Counted from the stretch's first letter, positions 16,994 through 27,719 are shown. The stretch: 64,000 nucleotides of DNA from Chthoniobacterales bacterium (GCA_038225185.1 JBBRFA010000002.1:2331-66330), one strand, 5' to 3'. Notes: generated from the letters alone by a model not told the origin. Numbers and translations are program-made.

Positions 16994-17866
16994 TTAGGAA
17001 AGCGGCACGCGGGTTTTTTCCCGGCGGCGAAAATGCACCGTGTGACGATAGCCAGCCTCGTGGACCAGCTTCTCCGCGAGATCGAAATCCGCTCCCACCT
17101 CCCCGGGGGTATGGGCATCGGAGCTGATCACGATCTCCACCCCGGCGGCATGGGCCATGGTTAACATTTCGGGGGCGGGATAAATCTCCCCGACCGGTTT
17201 GCGCAGTCCGGCAGTGCTAACTTCCATCACGGTGCCCGTCTCGACCAGGGCGGTGATGATGGGTTCGTAGTAAGGCCGCAGATCGCCCGCCGGTCTGTGA
17301 CCGAATTTTTTTACCAGATCGGGATGAGCGACAAAATCGAACGCGCCACTCCTCACACAGCGTTCGTATTCGGCGAAATAACGTGTCCAGATTTCCTCCA
17401 CGGGAAGTTCGTCGAAGCGTCCGATCCATTTCGGATTATCCACGTCCCAACCCGGGCCGAGATAATGGACCGCGCCAATGAGATAATCCCAAGGGGCGAG
17501 ACCGGTGAGTTTTTCAATCCAGGATTCCTGCCCGGCGAAGTAATCGACCTCCAAACCCAGGCGCACCGGGAAGGGAGCCACCGCCTCGCGGGCTTCCGAG
17601 ACCAGGGCAAGGTAATCGGAAAAATCCGCCAGATCCATCCGCCAGTCGTCAAAAGACCCGGGCATGGGGGAGTGATCCGAGATGCCGATCTCATCCAGGC
17701 CCAGGCCGATGGCCGCGAGGGCGTATTCCACGGGGGCACCGATGGCGTGATGACACAGCGGGGTATGCGTATGGTAATCGGCAGGCACGAAGAGGATATT
17801 CGTGCGGGAGCAAAGAAACGTCAAACTTCCGCGCCGAGGATTGACGTTGCCGGGGGTTAGGCGCAT
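16994..17866 (-). CDS. PHP-domain histidinol-phosphatase (HisJ/HisK family)
   Basis: Contains DYHTHTPLCHHA, ISDH, VHYL, HPDL and SSDAH motifs. Start is uncertain: ATG at 17866, TTG at 17821 or GTG at 17788 (which would give MPADYHTHT). Confidence 0.75.
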   Translation of the reverse strand: MRLTPGNVNPRRGSLTFLCSRTNILFVPADYHTHTPLCHHAIGAPVEYALAAIGLGLDEIGISDHSPMPGSFDDWRMDLADFSDYLALVSEAREAVAPFPVRLGLEVDYFAGQESWIEKLTGLAPWDYLIGAVHYLGPGWDVDNPKWIGRFDELPVEEIWTRYFAEYERCVRSGAFDFVAHPDLVKKFGHRPAGDLRPYYEPIITALVETGTVMEVSTAGLRKPVGEIYPAPEMLTMAHAAGVEIVISSDAHTPGEVGADFDLAEKLVHEAGYRHTVHFRRREKTRVPLS

Positions 17867-17929
17867 AGATGTGCCGTGGTTTCGCACATGCATACTCGCA
17901 ATCAGCTCCGCATCCCTGGCAGACGCTGG

Positions 17930-18607
17930 ATGTGCGCAGGAGCTTTTTTACTTTTTCTAACTGCAACTCCGTGGGTGGCGGGATCGGAAAAACCCGATTC
18001 TTTGGCCGAGTTCGATCGCTGGTGGCAGAAATATAGCGATGCCACCGGGGAAACGCGTCCGGCAATGGAAAAAGAAGGAGGCGAACTCGCCAAAAAAAGG
18101 CGGGCGACGATGTGGGATTTGATGGCCAGCGCGCCGGAGAATGCGATTCGCTGGTCTTTTCCCGAGGAATATTACACCGCGTTGCCGCTCCCCATCCGCG
18201 CCTGGGTCGAGCAACACGTGCGTGGTCTGGGAGCTTTGCTCGTGGAGCGCAATAAAGATGGGGCCACCGTGCGCACCGTGGTGTTGGACGATCAAAGCTG
18301 GACGGCATGGACGTATGGGCGGCGGTTGAAACTTTCGACACGCGACGAAATCCCGGTGCACGGCATAGTGCTGGGCGAACGGATGGCTTTGGATGGCAGT
18401 CCGCTGGAACGTTTCCCGAGGCGGGATTCGCTCTGGCAGGCGTTACGGCAGTCCGAGGGAAGAAAAACCTGCCCGATCTGCGGCGAACCGGGACGCATCC
18501 CGGCGGCGGCGGGTGATATTTTATTCTGGTTCGACCGCGAGGAGCATATCGCCACCACCGAAAAAGCGTTGGTGGAGAAAGAAGCTCTCCCGAACGGGGA
18601 GGAATAA
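17930..18607 (+). CDS. Hypothetical secreted protein
   Basis: ORF with a signal-like MCAGAFLLFLTATPWVAG from the ATG at 17930. No recognisable domain. Single CPICG motif near the C-terminus. Confidence 0.45.
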   Translation: MCAGAFLLFLTATPWVAGSEKPDSLAEFDRWWQKYSDATGETRPAMEKEGGELAKKRRATMWDLMASAPENAIRWSFPEEYYTALPLPIRAWVEQHVRGLGALLVERNKDGATVRTVVLDDQSWTAWTYGRRLKLSTRDEIPVHGIVLGERMALDGSPLERFPRRDSLWQALRQSEGRKTCPICGEPGRIPAAAGDILFWFDREEHIATTEKALVEKEALPNGEE

Positions 18608-18749
18608 TCACTGAAGACTGGCGCAAAGACGCCGCCTGCGCTTCCGCCGACGACAACAGCGCCGCCACATCGGGGTTTTTTCCGAAATCGTCATTCCCCG
18701 CAGCCGGGTTTCGGAGTAAGGATGGCTGGCCCAACCGCTTATTTTACTT

Positions 18750-20348
18750 ATGGAACCCTCCCGCAAAGGACATCTCGCCCTCCTCCTCCATGCGCATCTT
18801 CCCTTTGTGCGGCACCCGGAACACCCCGATTTTTTGGAGGAAGACTGGCTCTTTGAAGCGATTTCCGAGACTTACATTCCACTGCTAAAACTCCTGCACG
18901 GTATCGAACAGGATGGAATAAAAATCCGGCTCACCCTGTCGTTGACGCCTCCATTATGCGAAATGTTGCGCGATCCCCTGCTGCAAAGCCGGTATTTGCG
19001 CAATCTGGAACGTCTCATCGGTCTGGCCGGAGCCGAGGTGCATCGCACGATCAACGAGCCGCTCATCCAGGAACAGGCGCGGTGGTATCTGGCCCATTTT
19101 CGCGATTGCAAGACGGTGTATGAAAGCTGGAATGGCAATCTCGTGGCTCAGTTTGCCGCCCTCCAGGAGCGGGACGTGCTGGAAATCATCACCTGCGCGG
19201 CGACCCACGGTTTTTTACCGTTGATGAACTCCTATCCCGAAGCGGTGCGGGCGCAGATTTTCGTCGCCCGTGATTCGTATCGGGAATGTTTCGGACGCGA
19301 TCCCCGCGGAATCTGGCTGCCAGAATGCGGCTACATCCACGGGATCGAGGATGTGCTCCAGCAGGCGAATATCCGGTGGTTCGTGATTGATTCGCACGGT
19401 CTGATGTTTGGTTCGCCGAGGCCGCGCTACGCGATTTATGCACCGTGTTTTACCCCGGCGGGACCCGCCGTGCTGGCCCGCGACCGGGATTCGTCGCGTC
19501 AGGTCTGGAGTGCCGAGGAAGGGTATCCTGGCCACGGCACGTATCGGGATTTTTACCGGGATATCGGCCAGGATTTGCCGTTGGAATACCTGCGCCCATG
19601 GCTGGCGGCGGATGGGTTACGGAAAAATACCGGGATTAAATACCATCGCATCACCGGAAAAACCGCGCAGAAAGAGCTGTATCGCCGCGGCTGGGCGTTG
19701 GCCACCGCCGACTGGCACGCCGGGGATTTTTTGCAGCATCGCCTGGAACAATTCGAGAAATTGCTCCAGGGCACGAATATCGAACCCATCGTTGTCGCGC
19801 CGTTCGACGCGGAACTTTTCGGCCATTGGTGGCACGAGGGGCCGGAATTTCTCAATCTTTTCCTGCGAAAAGCCGCCTGCGATCAACAGACCTTCGCTCT
19901 CACCACCCCGGGCGATTATTTGCAGACGCATTCCACCCAGCAAATGATCATTCCCTCGGCCTCCAGTTGGGGACATAAAGGCTACTGGGAAGTGTGGCTC
20001 GACGAGGCCAACGCGTGGATCTATCCCCACCTGCACACTGCTGCGCGGCGCATGATCGACTCCGCCACCGCAGAACCGGCGGACACCACCCCCCTGCGCG
20101 AGCGCGTATTGCAACAAATGGCCCGCGAACTTCTCCTCGCCCAAAGCAGCGACTGGGCTTTTCTCATGAAAACCGGCACCGCCCGCGAATACTCGCGCAA
20201 ACGCACCACCGACCACGTGTTGCGATTTACCCGGCTTTACGAGCAGCTTCAGGCCGATCAGATCGACCCCGATTTCCTCGTTTTCTGCGAAGAACGCGAT
20301 AACTTGTTTTCCAAAATCCATTGGCGGTATTACATTCGCTCTTCCTAA
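18750..20348 (+). CDS. Glycoside hydrolase family 57 protein (GH57 1,4-alpha-glucan branching enzyme type)
   Basis: 532 aa. N-terminal HLALLLHAHLPFVRHPE...EDWLFEAISETYIPLL is characteristic of GH57/DUF1957 branching enzymes. Confidence 0.8.
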   Translation: MEPSRKGHLALLLHAHLPFVRHPEHPDFLEEDWLFEAISETYIPLLKLLHGIEQDGIKIRLTLSLTPPLCEMLRDPLLQSRYLRNLERLIGLAGAEVHRTINEPLIQEQARWYLAHFRDCKTVYESWNGNLVAQFAALQERDVLEIITCAATHGFLPLMNSYPEAVRAQIFVARDSYRECFGRDPRGIWLPECGYIHGIEDVLQQANIRWFVIDSHGLMFGSPRPRYAIYAPCFTPAGPAVLARDRDSSRQVWSAEEGYPGHGTYRDFYRDIGQDLPLEYLRPWLAADGLRKNTGIKYHRITGKTAQKELYRRGWALATADWHAGDFLQHRLEQFEKLLQGTNIEPIVVAPFDAELFGHWWHEGPEFLNLFLRKAACDQQTFALTTPGDYLQTHSTQQMIIPSASSWGHKGYWEVWLDEANAWIYPHLHTAARRMIDSATAEPADTTPLRERVLQQMARELLLAQSSDWAFLMKTGTAREYSRKRTTDHVLRFTRLYEQLQADQIDPDFLVFCEERDNLFSKIHWRYYIRSS

Positions 20349-20357
20349 CTAATCACC

Positions 20358-21755
20358 ATGTCCCAATTCGATCTCACCATCATCGGAGCAGGCCCCGCGG
20401 GGTATGTCGCCGCGATTCGCGCCGCCCAACTCGGCTTGAAAACTGCCCTCGTCGAAAAAAGCAAAACACTCGGCGGCACCTGCCTCAACATCGGCTGCAT
20501 CCCGAGCAAAGCCCTGCTCGCCTCGACCGAACACTTCCATTTCGCCCAGAAAAAAGCCGCCGCCCACGGCATTCTTTTCGATCAAGTATCCTTCGACCTC
20601 GCCAAAATGCAGAGCCGCAAAGACGCCGTCGTCAAACAACTCACCGGCGGCATCGATTTCCTCGTTAAAAAAAACGGCATCACCCGTTTCAATGGCGTCG
20701 GACGTATCATCGCCCCCGGTAAAGTCACCGTCACCGGCTCCCACACCGAGGAGATCGATTCCCGTTTCATCCTCCTCGCCACCGGCAGTGTGCCCTCCAC
20801 TTTGCCCAATCTGCCTGTCGATGGTCAGAACGTCGTCACCAGCACCGAGGCCCTCAGCTTCTCCGAAGTGCCCAAACGTCTGCTCGTCATCGGCGGCGGC
20901 GCCATCGGCCTCGAGCTGGGCTCCGTCTGGGCACGCCTCGGCAGTGCCGTCACCGTGGTCGAATTTCTCCCCCGGATCGCCGCTTTTTACGATCCCGACG
21001 TCACCACCGCCCTCCAAAAAGCGCTCACCGCCGAGGGCATCACCTTCCAACTCGACACCGCCGTCGAATCCATCCAGGTAAAAAAAGGCGTCGTCATCGC
21101 TTCGCTAAAAGCAAAAGACGGCACCACATCGAAGCTCGAAGCCGATAAAGTGCTCGTCGCCGTGGGCCGCAAACCCTTCCTCGACGACATCATCGATCCC
21201 GCATTGGGGCTCGCTTTCACTCCCCGCGGCCAGGTCGCTGTCGATGCCCATTACGCCACTAACATTCCCGGCGTCTATGCCATCGGCGACATCATTCCCG
21301 GGCCCATGCTTGCCCACAAAGCCGAGGACGAGGGCGTCGCCTGCGTAGAACGCCTCGCGGGCAAGGCCGGACACGTCAATTACGACATCATCCCCAACGT
21401 CATTTACACCGATCCCGAAGTGGCCAGCGTCGGATTAACCGAAGGTGCCGCCAGGGAAAAAGGCATCGCCGTCAACGTCGGAAAATTCATTTTTAAAGCC
21501 AGCGGACGCGCCATCGCCGCCGATCATACCGATGGCTTTGTCAAAATCGTGGCCGACGCTGCCAACGATCGTTTGCTCGGAGCACAAATCATTGCCACTG
21601 GAGCAGGCGAACTCATCGCCGAAGTGGTGAGCGTAATGGAATTTGGCGGCAGTGCCGAGGACATCGCCCGCACTGTGCACAGCCATCCCACCATGAGCGA
21701 ATCGGTAAAGGAAGCCGCCCTTGCCGTGGCCAAACGCTCCATTCACTCAATCTAA
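20358..21755 (+). CDS. lpdA: Dihydrolipoyl dehydrogenase (E3)
   Basis: 465 aa. GAGPAGY FAD motif, redox-active GGTCLNIGCIPSK, and the C-terminal HAHPTxSE-like HSHPTMSE. Confidence 0.9.
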   Translation: MSQFDLTIIGAGPAGYVAAIRAAQLGLKTALVEKSKTLGGTCLNIGCIPSKALLASTEHFHFAQKKAAAHGILFDQVSFDLAKMQSRKDAVVKQLTGGIDFLVKKNGITRFNGVGRIIAPGKVTVTGSHTEEIDSRFILLATGSVPSTLPNLPVDGQNVVTSTEALSFSEVPKRLLVIGGGAIGLELGSVWARLGSAVTVVEFLPRIAAFYDPDVTTALQKALTAEGITFQLDTAVESIQVKKGVVIASLKAKDGTTSKLEADKVLVAVGRKPFLDDIIDPALGLAFTPRGQVAVDAHYATNIPGVYAIGDIIPGPMLAHKAEDEGVACVERLAGKAGHVNYDIIPNVIYTDPEVASVGLTEGAAREKGIAVNVGKFIFKASGRAIAADHTDGFVKIVADAANDRLLGAQIIATGAGELIAEVVSVMEFGGSAEDIARTVHSHPTMSESVKEAALAVAKRSIHSI

Positions 21756-21763
21756 ATTTTTCA

Positions 21764-22951
21764 CTATCTAACCGTAAGGGAATGTTTCACCGCTGCGATG
21801 ACATCCTCCACGTCGGTCGCTAAAAGTGCGGGCGAAAGCGGAATGCTAGCTGTCTGACATCCGATGCGGTGGGCGTGGGGATAATTTTCCTTCTCCCAGC
21901 CAAAACGCTCACGATAAAAAGGATGCTCGGGAATGCTTTGGTAATGAACGCCCGCGCCGATGTTATGCCGCATCATGCGCGCAAGAAATTCATCGCGCGA
22001 CACCCCTGCCACCTCCTCATCGATGAGCACGGTGTAAAGATGATAGGCGTGCCGCGTGTTTTCCGCCGGAGCAGCAGGGAGTCCGATGGGTTGATCGGCG
22101 AAGGCCTCGTTATAGCGCTGCCAGATTTGTTCGCGTTTTTTCCACCAGGTTTCCACGCGTTTAAGCTGATGAATGCCCAACGATGCGGCCATGTCGGTCA
22201 TGTTATATTTAAACCCGGCATCGACGACTTGATAATGCAGATAACCCTCGTCGCTATACCGTTTCCAGGCATCCTTGCTCATGCCATGCAGACCTAGCAC
22301 GCGCAGACGATCCGCACTCGCGGGATCGGAGGTTAGGATCATGCCTCCCTCGCCGGTGGTGATGTTTTTGGTCACATAAAAACTAAAACAGCCGAAACGG
22401 CCAAAAGTGCCCGCCGGTTTGCCGTGCCAGGTGGTCTCGATGGCATGGGCACAATCTTCGATGAGGATGAGCTGATGCTTCCCGGCGAGAGCGCAAAGCT
22501 GATCCATCTCGCAGGGGCGCCCGGCAAAATGCACGGGTAAAATGGCTCGAGTGCGGGGGGTGATTTTCCGCTCCACATCCGCCGGATCGATATTCATTGT
22601 ATTAGGATCGACATCGGCCAGAACAGGAGTGGCCCCGGCATGGATGATGGCGTTAACCGTGGAGCAAAATGTCAGTGCGGAGGTGATGACTTCATCGCCC
22701 GGTCCCACGCCGCTGGCGATGAGACTTAGGTGGAGGGCGGCGGTGCAGGAATTTACCGCCACAGCAGTGACTTCGCCGCCTTTGTAACTGGCAAAATCGT
22801 TTTGAAAACGAAACACTTTCGGTCCGGTGCCGATCCAACCCGAGCGAAGCGATTGTATGAGTTCGTCTATTTCCACCTGCTCGATGCAGGGGGCGCCGAA
22901 AACCAGGAAACGTTCCCTGGTGCGGATGGGCCGGAACTCTTCGCTAATCAT
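21764..22951 (-). CDS. DegT/DnrJ/EryC1/StrS family sugar aminotransferase (ArnB/WecE-like)
   Basis: Start at the ATG at 22951, in an ATGA overlap with the upstream GT2 stop. PLP-lysine context SFYVTKNITTGEGG. Typical DegT layout. Confidence 0.85.
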   Translation of the reverse strand: MISEEFRPIRTRERFLVFGAPCIEQVEIDELIQSLRSGWIGTGPKVFRFQNDFASYKGGEVTAVAVNSCTAALHLSLIASGVGPGDEVITSALTFCSTVNAIIHAGATPVLADVDPNTMNIDPADVERKITPRTRAILPVHFAGRPCEMDQLCALAGKHQLILIEDCAHAIETTWHGKPAGTFGRFGCFSFYVTKNITTGEGGMILTSDPASADRLRVLGLHGMSKDAWKRYSDEGYLHYQVVDAGFKYNMTDMAASLGIHQLKRVETWWKKREQIWQRYNEAFADQPIGLPAAPAENTRHAYHLYTVLIDEEVAGVSRDEFLARMMRHNIGAGVHYQSIPEHPFYRERFGWEKENYPHAHRIGCQTASIPLSPALLATDVEDVIAAVKHSLTVR

Positions 22952-23964
22952 AGGTGGAAAAAATAAGCTAACAGTGGCAGGGATTGGCAGATGCAATTTT
23001 GCTGAAAGATCGACCGGATGGATTTGAGAATGCGGGAGCCAAGGGGGCCGAGATAACTTAACGCGCCACCGCCAAGCGCTTTCAGGGTCGGGCGCAAAGC
23101 GAGTGAACGCTGGAAAAACTGCTGCGATTCCTTGGGATGACCCGCAGAGATCAGGCCGCAACCATGGCTGGCAAACACACTGGCAATCTGCTTGCGCACG
23201 TCGGTTTGCAAAGGTTCGGGAAGAGTTTGTTGCAACATTTCGTTGCACCAAAAAATCTGGCCATCGTTAAGATAGCCCCCCAAATCGGGGTTACTAACCA
23301 TATTTCCCTCATGCACCCGGTAGCTCACCAGGCGGGCTGGTTCATACCAGGCTCCGTGTCCACTTAGAAAGCATCGGTAAAACAGGTAGCCACAGGCAAA
23401 GCCGCGCGCTTTTTCCTCCACGAATTCGACCGGCACCAGCGCGGTCCGCAAGAGCGAACAGCTAATATGCAGACTCCGATGCAGAATGGCCGCCTCACCA
23501 AAATTTTTCAATTTACCCCGGGTGAGAAATTGGCGCCCATGTTTCGCGGAAGTTTTTTCCGTCGCCTCCTCCAATCGTGCTCCGTCTCCATCAATCACCC
23601 AGTGATCCGCAAACGCCACCACGAGGTCGGGATCGGCCTCCAACGGTGGCAGGAGTGTGGCAATAAATTCGGGCGCCAAAATATCGTCGTCGTTGAGCAA
23701 ACAAAAATAAGGCGTTGTCACACGCTCCAGACCAGCCCGCCAGTTGCCTGCCATACCGACATTTTTTTCATGCCGATGATATCTTACCCGCGGATCGCCT
23801 AAAAATTGGGCCACCACTTCGCGAGTTCCGTCCGTGCTGGCGTCGTCCAGAATCAGAAGCTGCCAATTCTCATGGGTTTGTTGCATGACGGCCCTGATCG
23901 TCACTCCAATCAAATCCGCCCGATTGTAAGTCGGTATAAAAATAGTAACTGTGGGCGGGCTCAT
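22948..23964 (-). CDS. Glycosyltransferase family 2
   Basis: VTIFIPTYNRADLI...LLILDDASTDGT and a DDD motif. Confidence 0.8.
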   Translation of the reverse strand: MSPPTVTIFIPTYNRADLIGVTIRAVMQQTHENWQLLILDDASTDGTREVVAQFLGDPRVRYHRHEKNVGMAGNWRAGLERVTTPYFCLLNDDDILAPEFIATLLPPLEADPDLVVAFADHWVIDGDGARLEEATEKTSAKHGRQFLTRGKLKNFGEAAILHRSLHISCSLLRTALVPVEFVEEKARGFACGYLFYRCFLSGHGAWYEPARLVSYRVHEGNMVSNPDLGGYLNDGQIFWCNEMLQQTLPEPLQTDVRKQIASVFASHGCGLISAGHPKESQQFFQRSLALRPTLKALGGGALSYLGPLGSRILKSIRSIFQQNCICQSLPLLAYFFHL

Positions 23965-24130
23965 GGCTATGGTTAAAAGAAAGTTTTGGGAAACGATATC
24001 AAAATTCCCTACTGAATCTTAGCAGTGATTGTGCCAGCAAGCCACCTCGACATGCCTGGAGACAGGATAAGAGGCGAGAGTTGACGTTGAAGTATGCGGA
24101 ATTTCTCGTTTAAACTGCGGGGAGTCACTC

Positions 24131-25387
24131 ATGTCCACCCTTTCACACCGTATTCCACCGAGCAGCGACGATTCCCTCGAAAATGGGCCGGTTTCCCGAT
24201 TCGTGCCCGGCAGTATTCGCAATGAAGCGCCGGTAGTGGCTTCCTTTTGCCAGCATTTTCTCAAGCCTGAGATGCAGGAAATTTATCGGGAAATCACTGC
24301 CCTGCGCGGATTTCGTCCGTATGTCTTCACTCAGCACCGCGAAAATGAGGCCGCGTTGCCCTTCCCCGATGTCGAACTTTTTTCGCGTCCCTGGACCCGT
24401 GGTCTTCGGCAATTTTGGGCGCGGGCCGTTTTCGATTTGCCGATTTTGGCTTACAGAGGTGAGGTGCGGCAGGTTTTGCGACGGGCGACCAAACTCAAAG
24501 CCCAGGTGCTGCACGCTTACACGGGCGAGGCCGGTTTGTATCTCCTCCCGTTGCTTCGACGTCGCGAAATACCGGTGGTGGTAAGCTTCCACGGAGCGGA
24601 ACCCCTTTTGTTGGAAGGCGGAAAAGGGGTGCAAAAACGCTTGCGCGATTTGACCCGGCTTGCCGATTTGATCCTCGTGCGCACCGAAGCCCTTAAAAAC
24701 GCCCTGGCCGGGATGGGCTGCAAATTGGAAAATTTCCGGGTGCATCGCACCGGTGTGTCGCTTTCCGCCAGTCAGGCCTTTATTCGCACGCCGCCTGTGG
24801 AAGGCGATTTCCGCTTCATCCAGGCCAGTCGCCTGCTCGAAAGCAAGGGGCTGAACACCACGTTGCATGCGTTCGCCATTTTTGCGAAGGAATTTCCCCG
24901 GTCCGAACTCATCCTCGTCGGCGAAGGGCCCTTACGCAAAAGGTTGCTCCGACTTGCCGCCGAGTTGGGATTGGCCGAGCAGGTGCATCTCCCTGGTTTT
25001 CTTCCCCAGAAAACCCTCCTCGAACTTTACGAACGCTCCCACGTTTTTCTTCATCCCAGCCAGCCCGGCACGGCCGGTGGCCAGGAAGGTCTTCCCAATG
25101 CCATGCTCGAAGCCATGGCCACCGGCTTGCCCGTGGTCGCCACGCACCATGGCAGCATCGCCGAGGCGGTGGTGGATGGCGTTTCGGGATTGTTAGTCGC
25201 GCCAAAGGATGTGGCGGCCCTGGGCGAGGCTTTGCTAACCATCGGACGCGATGGCGTGCTCCTGCAAAAACTCAGCCAGGGGGCGGTGAATCGGGTGCGG
25301 GAGGCTTTCGAACGGCAAAAACAAGCCCGCGAATTGGAACGATTTTATCGGGAGGCAATTTTACTCCACCAGTCACGTTCGAAATAA
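24131..25387 (+). CDS. Glycosyltransferase family 4 (GT-B, WcaL-like)
   Basis: C-terminal EGLPNAMLEAMATGLPVVATHHGSIAEAV, the E-x7-E region. Confidence 0.75.
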   Translation: MSTLSHRIPPSSDDSLENGPVSRFVPGSIRNEAPVVASFCQHFLKPEMQEIYREITALRGFRPYVFTQHRENEAALPFPDVELFSRPWTRGLRQFWARAVFDLPILAYRGEVRQVLRRATKLKAQVLHAYTGEAGLYLLPLLRRREIPVVVSFHGAEPLLLEGGKGVQKRLRDLTRLADLILVRTEALKNALAGMGCKLENFRVHRTGVSLSASQAFIRTPPVEGDFRFIQASRLLESKGLNTTLHAFAIFAKEFPRSELILVGEGPLRKRLLRLAAELGLAEQVHLPGFLPQKTLLELYERSHVFLHPSQPGTAGGQEGLPNAMLEAMATGLPVVATHHGSIAEAVVDGVSGLLVAPKDVAALGEALLTIGRDGVLLQKLSQGAVNRVREAFERQKQARELERFYREAILLHQSRSK

Positions 25388-25412
25388 CCAGATACCATCT
25401 CCCAATTTTTCT

Positions 25413-26510
25413 GTGAAACTAGCTTTTATCTTTCTCTCGATGCCAGTGGGTGGCGCGGAGGATTTTGCTTTGGCTGTGAGCCGTTATTTTTCTCCGCAAC
25501 TTGAGGTGGTCTTCCTTTGTCTGCGCGATCTGGGAGTCATCGGCGAGGAATTGAAACAAGCAGGCAAACCCGTCGTCCTGCTCCCTGTCGCAAAATCCCG
25601 AAGGTGGAATCCATTCGGTGCAGGGAAGCTGGCCGTCTGGTTGCGAAAAAATCAAATCACCCACGTGCATTCGCAGACCTATCACGCTCATACCTATGCT
25701 CTCCCGGCGGCTCGTAAAGCGGGTTGCATGGCGATTTTTCATCAGCAAAAAACCCTCGAAAACCTTCCCTGGCACCGCCGCTGGACCATGGGCCGGCTTT
25801 CCCGTTCCGCCTCTGCCGTCCTTGCTTTATCCGAAAAAACAGCACAGGATCTAACGACCGTTTTTCGCCTCGATCCTGCCCGCGTCTTCATCATACCCAA
25901 CGCGGTCGATCCCGCGGTTTTTTTCCCTTCACCAAATCGTCTGGAGGCAAGGAAAAGCCTGGGATTCCCCTCCCTCCCGCTCATTGGCGCGGTTGCCTCG
26001 CTCAATGCGGTGAAAAATCATCACGCAACTCTGGCCATGGCCCGGACGCTGCACGAGGAGGGCCGCGATTTTCGTCTGGTTTTTGTGGGGGAAGGCCGCG
26101 AACGTTCGCATCTGGAGAATGCAATTGTCGCTTTGCAACTCGTCGAAAAAGCCACCCTCGTCGGTAATCAACGACCGGTCGCGCCCTGGTTGGAGGCGCT
26201 GGATGTGTTAGTATTACCGTCGCTCTGGGAAGGGCAGCCCATGATTCTCTTGCAAGCTCTCGCCAGCGGCATTCCCATCGTGGCAAGCGCCATCGAGGGA
26301 AACATCGCAGCCCTTGGGAAAGAGCATCCGGGATTGTTTCCACCGGGTGAACCTCAAAGCTACGTTGCGGTGGTAAAAAAAATACTCGACGACCCGGTGT
26401 TTAAAGCCAGACTCCTAGCTTATCAAGCCGCCCTGCCCCTGCCCACCGCGCCGAAGGTTGCCATGGAATTGGAAAACATTTATCGTTCCATGTCGGAAGA
26501 CGCCTTCTAA
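25413..26510 (+). CDS. Glycosyltransferase family 4
   Basis: GTG start. PSLWEGQPMILLQALASGIPIVAS GT-B signature. Confidence 0.75.
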   Translation: MKLAFIFLSMPVGGAEDFALAVSRYFSPQLEVVFLCLRDLGVIGEELKQAGKPVVLLPVAKSRRWNPFGAGKLAVWLRKNQITHVHSQTYHAHTYALPAARKAGCMAIFHQQKTLENLPWHRRWTMGRLSRSASAVLALSEKTAQDLTTVFRLDPARVFIIPNAVDPAVFFPSPNRLEARKSLGFPSLPLIGAVASLNAVKNHHATLAMARTLHEEGRDFRLVFVGEGRERSHLENAIVALQLVEKATLVGNQRPVAPWLEALDVLVLPSLWEGQPMILLQALASGIPIVASAIEGNIAALGKEHPGLFPPGEPQSYVAVVKKILDDPVFKARLLAYQAALPLPTAPKVAMELENIYRSMSEDAF

Positions 26511-26513
26511 CTG

Positions 26514-27719
26514 ATGAAAATCGCCATCTTTACGCCTTCATTTTTGCCCAAATGCTCGGGAGCGGAAATTTTTCATCATAATCTCGCCACACAACTGGTG
26601 GCACGCGGTCACGAGGTCGTCTTGATCATTCCCCGTAAAAATATGGCTGCGCTGACATCGAGCGAGTGGGATTTGCCTTATGCACTGGAGCCGTTTCATG
26701 GCAATCTTTGGAGCCTCTACAAACGTTTCCGCTGGGCGGGCCAGATCGCCGTCAATCAGTTGCTTAATCGTTTGCAAAAAAAACATCGTTTCGATCTGTG
26801 GCATGTCGTCATGACCTGGCCCACCGGTGTCACCGCGTTGCATTGGAGTGGTGGCAGGGGAAAAATTCCCGTGCTCCTGCGTTGCGCCGGGGATGATTTG
26901 TTAGTCGATGCGAAGCATGGCATCGGGTTGCGACTCGATCCGGAGAAAGATCGCTTGATCCGCGAGGAAATTCCCAAGGCCAGCGCGGTGGTCTCGCTTT
27001 CCGATTCCATAACCGATGAATACCTGGGCCTGGGGGTAAAACGAGAGCGAATCGAATGGATCCCCAATGCGGTCGATCTCCCGGCTTTTCAGGTTTCCAT
27101 CAATCGAAACGTTGTTAGGAAAAGCCTTGGCATACCCGCAACGGCTTTTGTTTTTCTAAGTGTGGGACGCAATCATCCCCAGAAGGATTACCCCACGCTT
27201 TTTCGAGCTGCGGGAAGATTACTCCGTGAAGGCGGAAAATTTCATCTGCTGGTCGTCGGACGCGAATCGCCCAAGCTTAGGAAGCTGGCCGCGGAAAATG
27301 GATTGGGCGATTGTGTAACGTTGCTGGAAATGAGCAGCGCCCCCGGGCAGGTGGATTTTCCCCCGGCCTTGTTACGCGACACTTATCTGGCGGCAGACGC
27401 CTTCGTGATGCCCTCGCGCATCGAGGGATTTAGCACGGCGTTACTCGAAGCCATGGCGGCGGGTCTGCCTGTGCTAACCACCGACGCTCCAGGCTGCCGG
27501 GAATTCATCCGCGAAGGGGCCGACGGTTTGATGGTGGCCCGTGGGGACGATGAAAACATGGCGAAACAAATGGGGCGTTTGTTAGTCGATCAGGATTTAC
27601 GAAACAAACTCGCGGAAAAATCCAGGGCCCGCGCAGTGGAATTTGGCTGGCCGCAAATTGTCGGTCGTTATGAAGCCTTGTATGCAAAACTGATTCGGGA
27701 ACATCAGCCTGCCAGATAG
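26514..27719 (+). CDS. Glycosyltransferase family 4
   Basis: MKIAIFTPSFLPKCSGAEIF N-terminus. PSRIEGFSTALLEAMAAGLPVLTTDAPG. Confidence 0.8.
   Translation: MKIAIFTPSFLPKCSGAEIFHHNLATQLVARGHEVVLIIPRKNMAALTSSEWDLPYALEPFHGNLWSLYKRFRWAGQIAVNQLLNRLQKKHRFDLWHVVMTWPTGVTALHWSGGRGKIPVLLRCAGDDLLVDAKHGIGLRLDPEKDRLIREEIPKASAVVSLSDSITDEYLGLGVKRERIEWIPNAVDLPAFQVSINRNVVRKSLGIPATAFVFLSVGRNHPQKDYPTLFRAAGRLLREGGKFHLLVVGRESPKLRKLAAENGLGDCVTLLEMSSAPGQVDFPPALLRDTYLAADAFVMPSRIEGFSTALLEAMAAGLPVLTTDAPGCREFIREGADGLMVARGDDENMAKQMGRLLVDQDLRNKLAEKSRARAVEFGWPQIVGRYEALYAKLIREHQPAR

Noticed and set aside
17691-18734. 347-aa minus-strand ORF spanning the hisJ-like start and the whole hypothetical gene at 17930-18607.
   Set aside because: The sequence is Arg/Pro/Ser-rich and low-complexity. 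It crosses an intergenic region and overlaps two better-supported genes, so it is a GC-driven antisense ORF.
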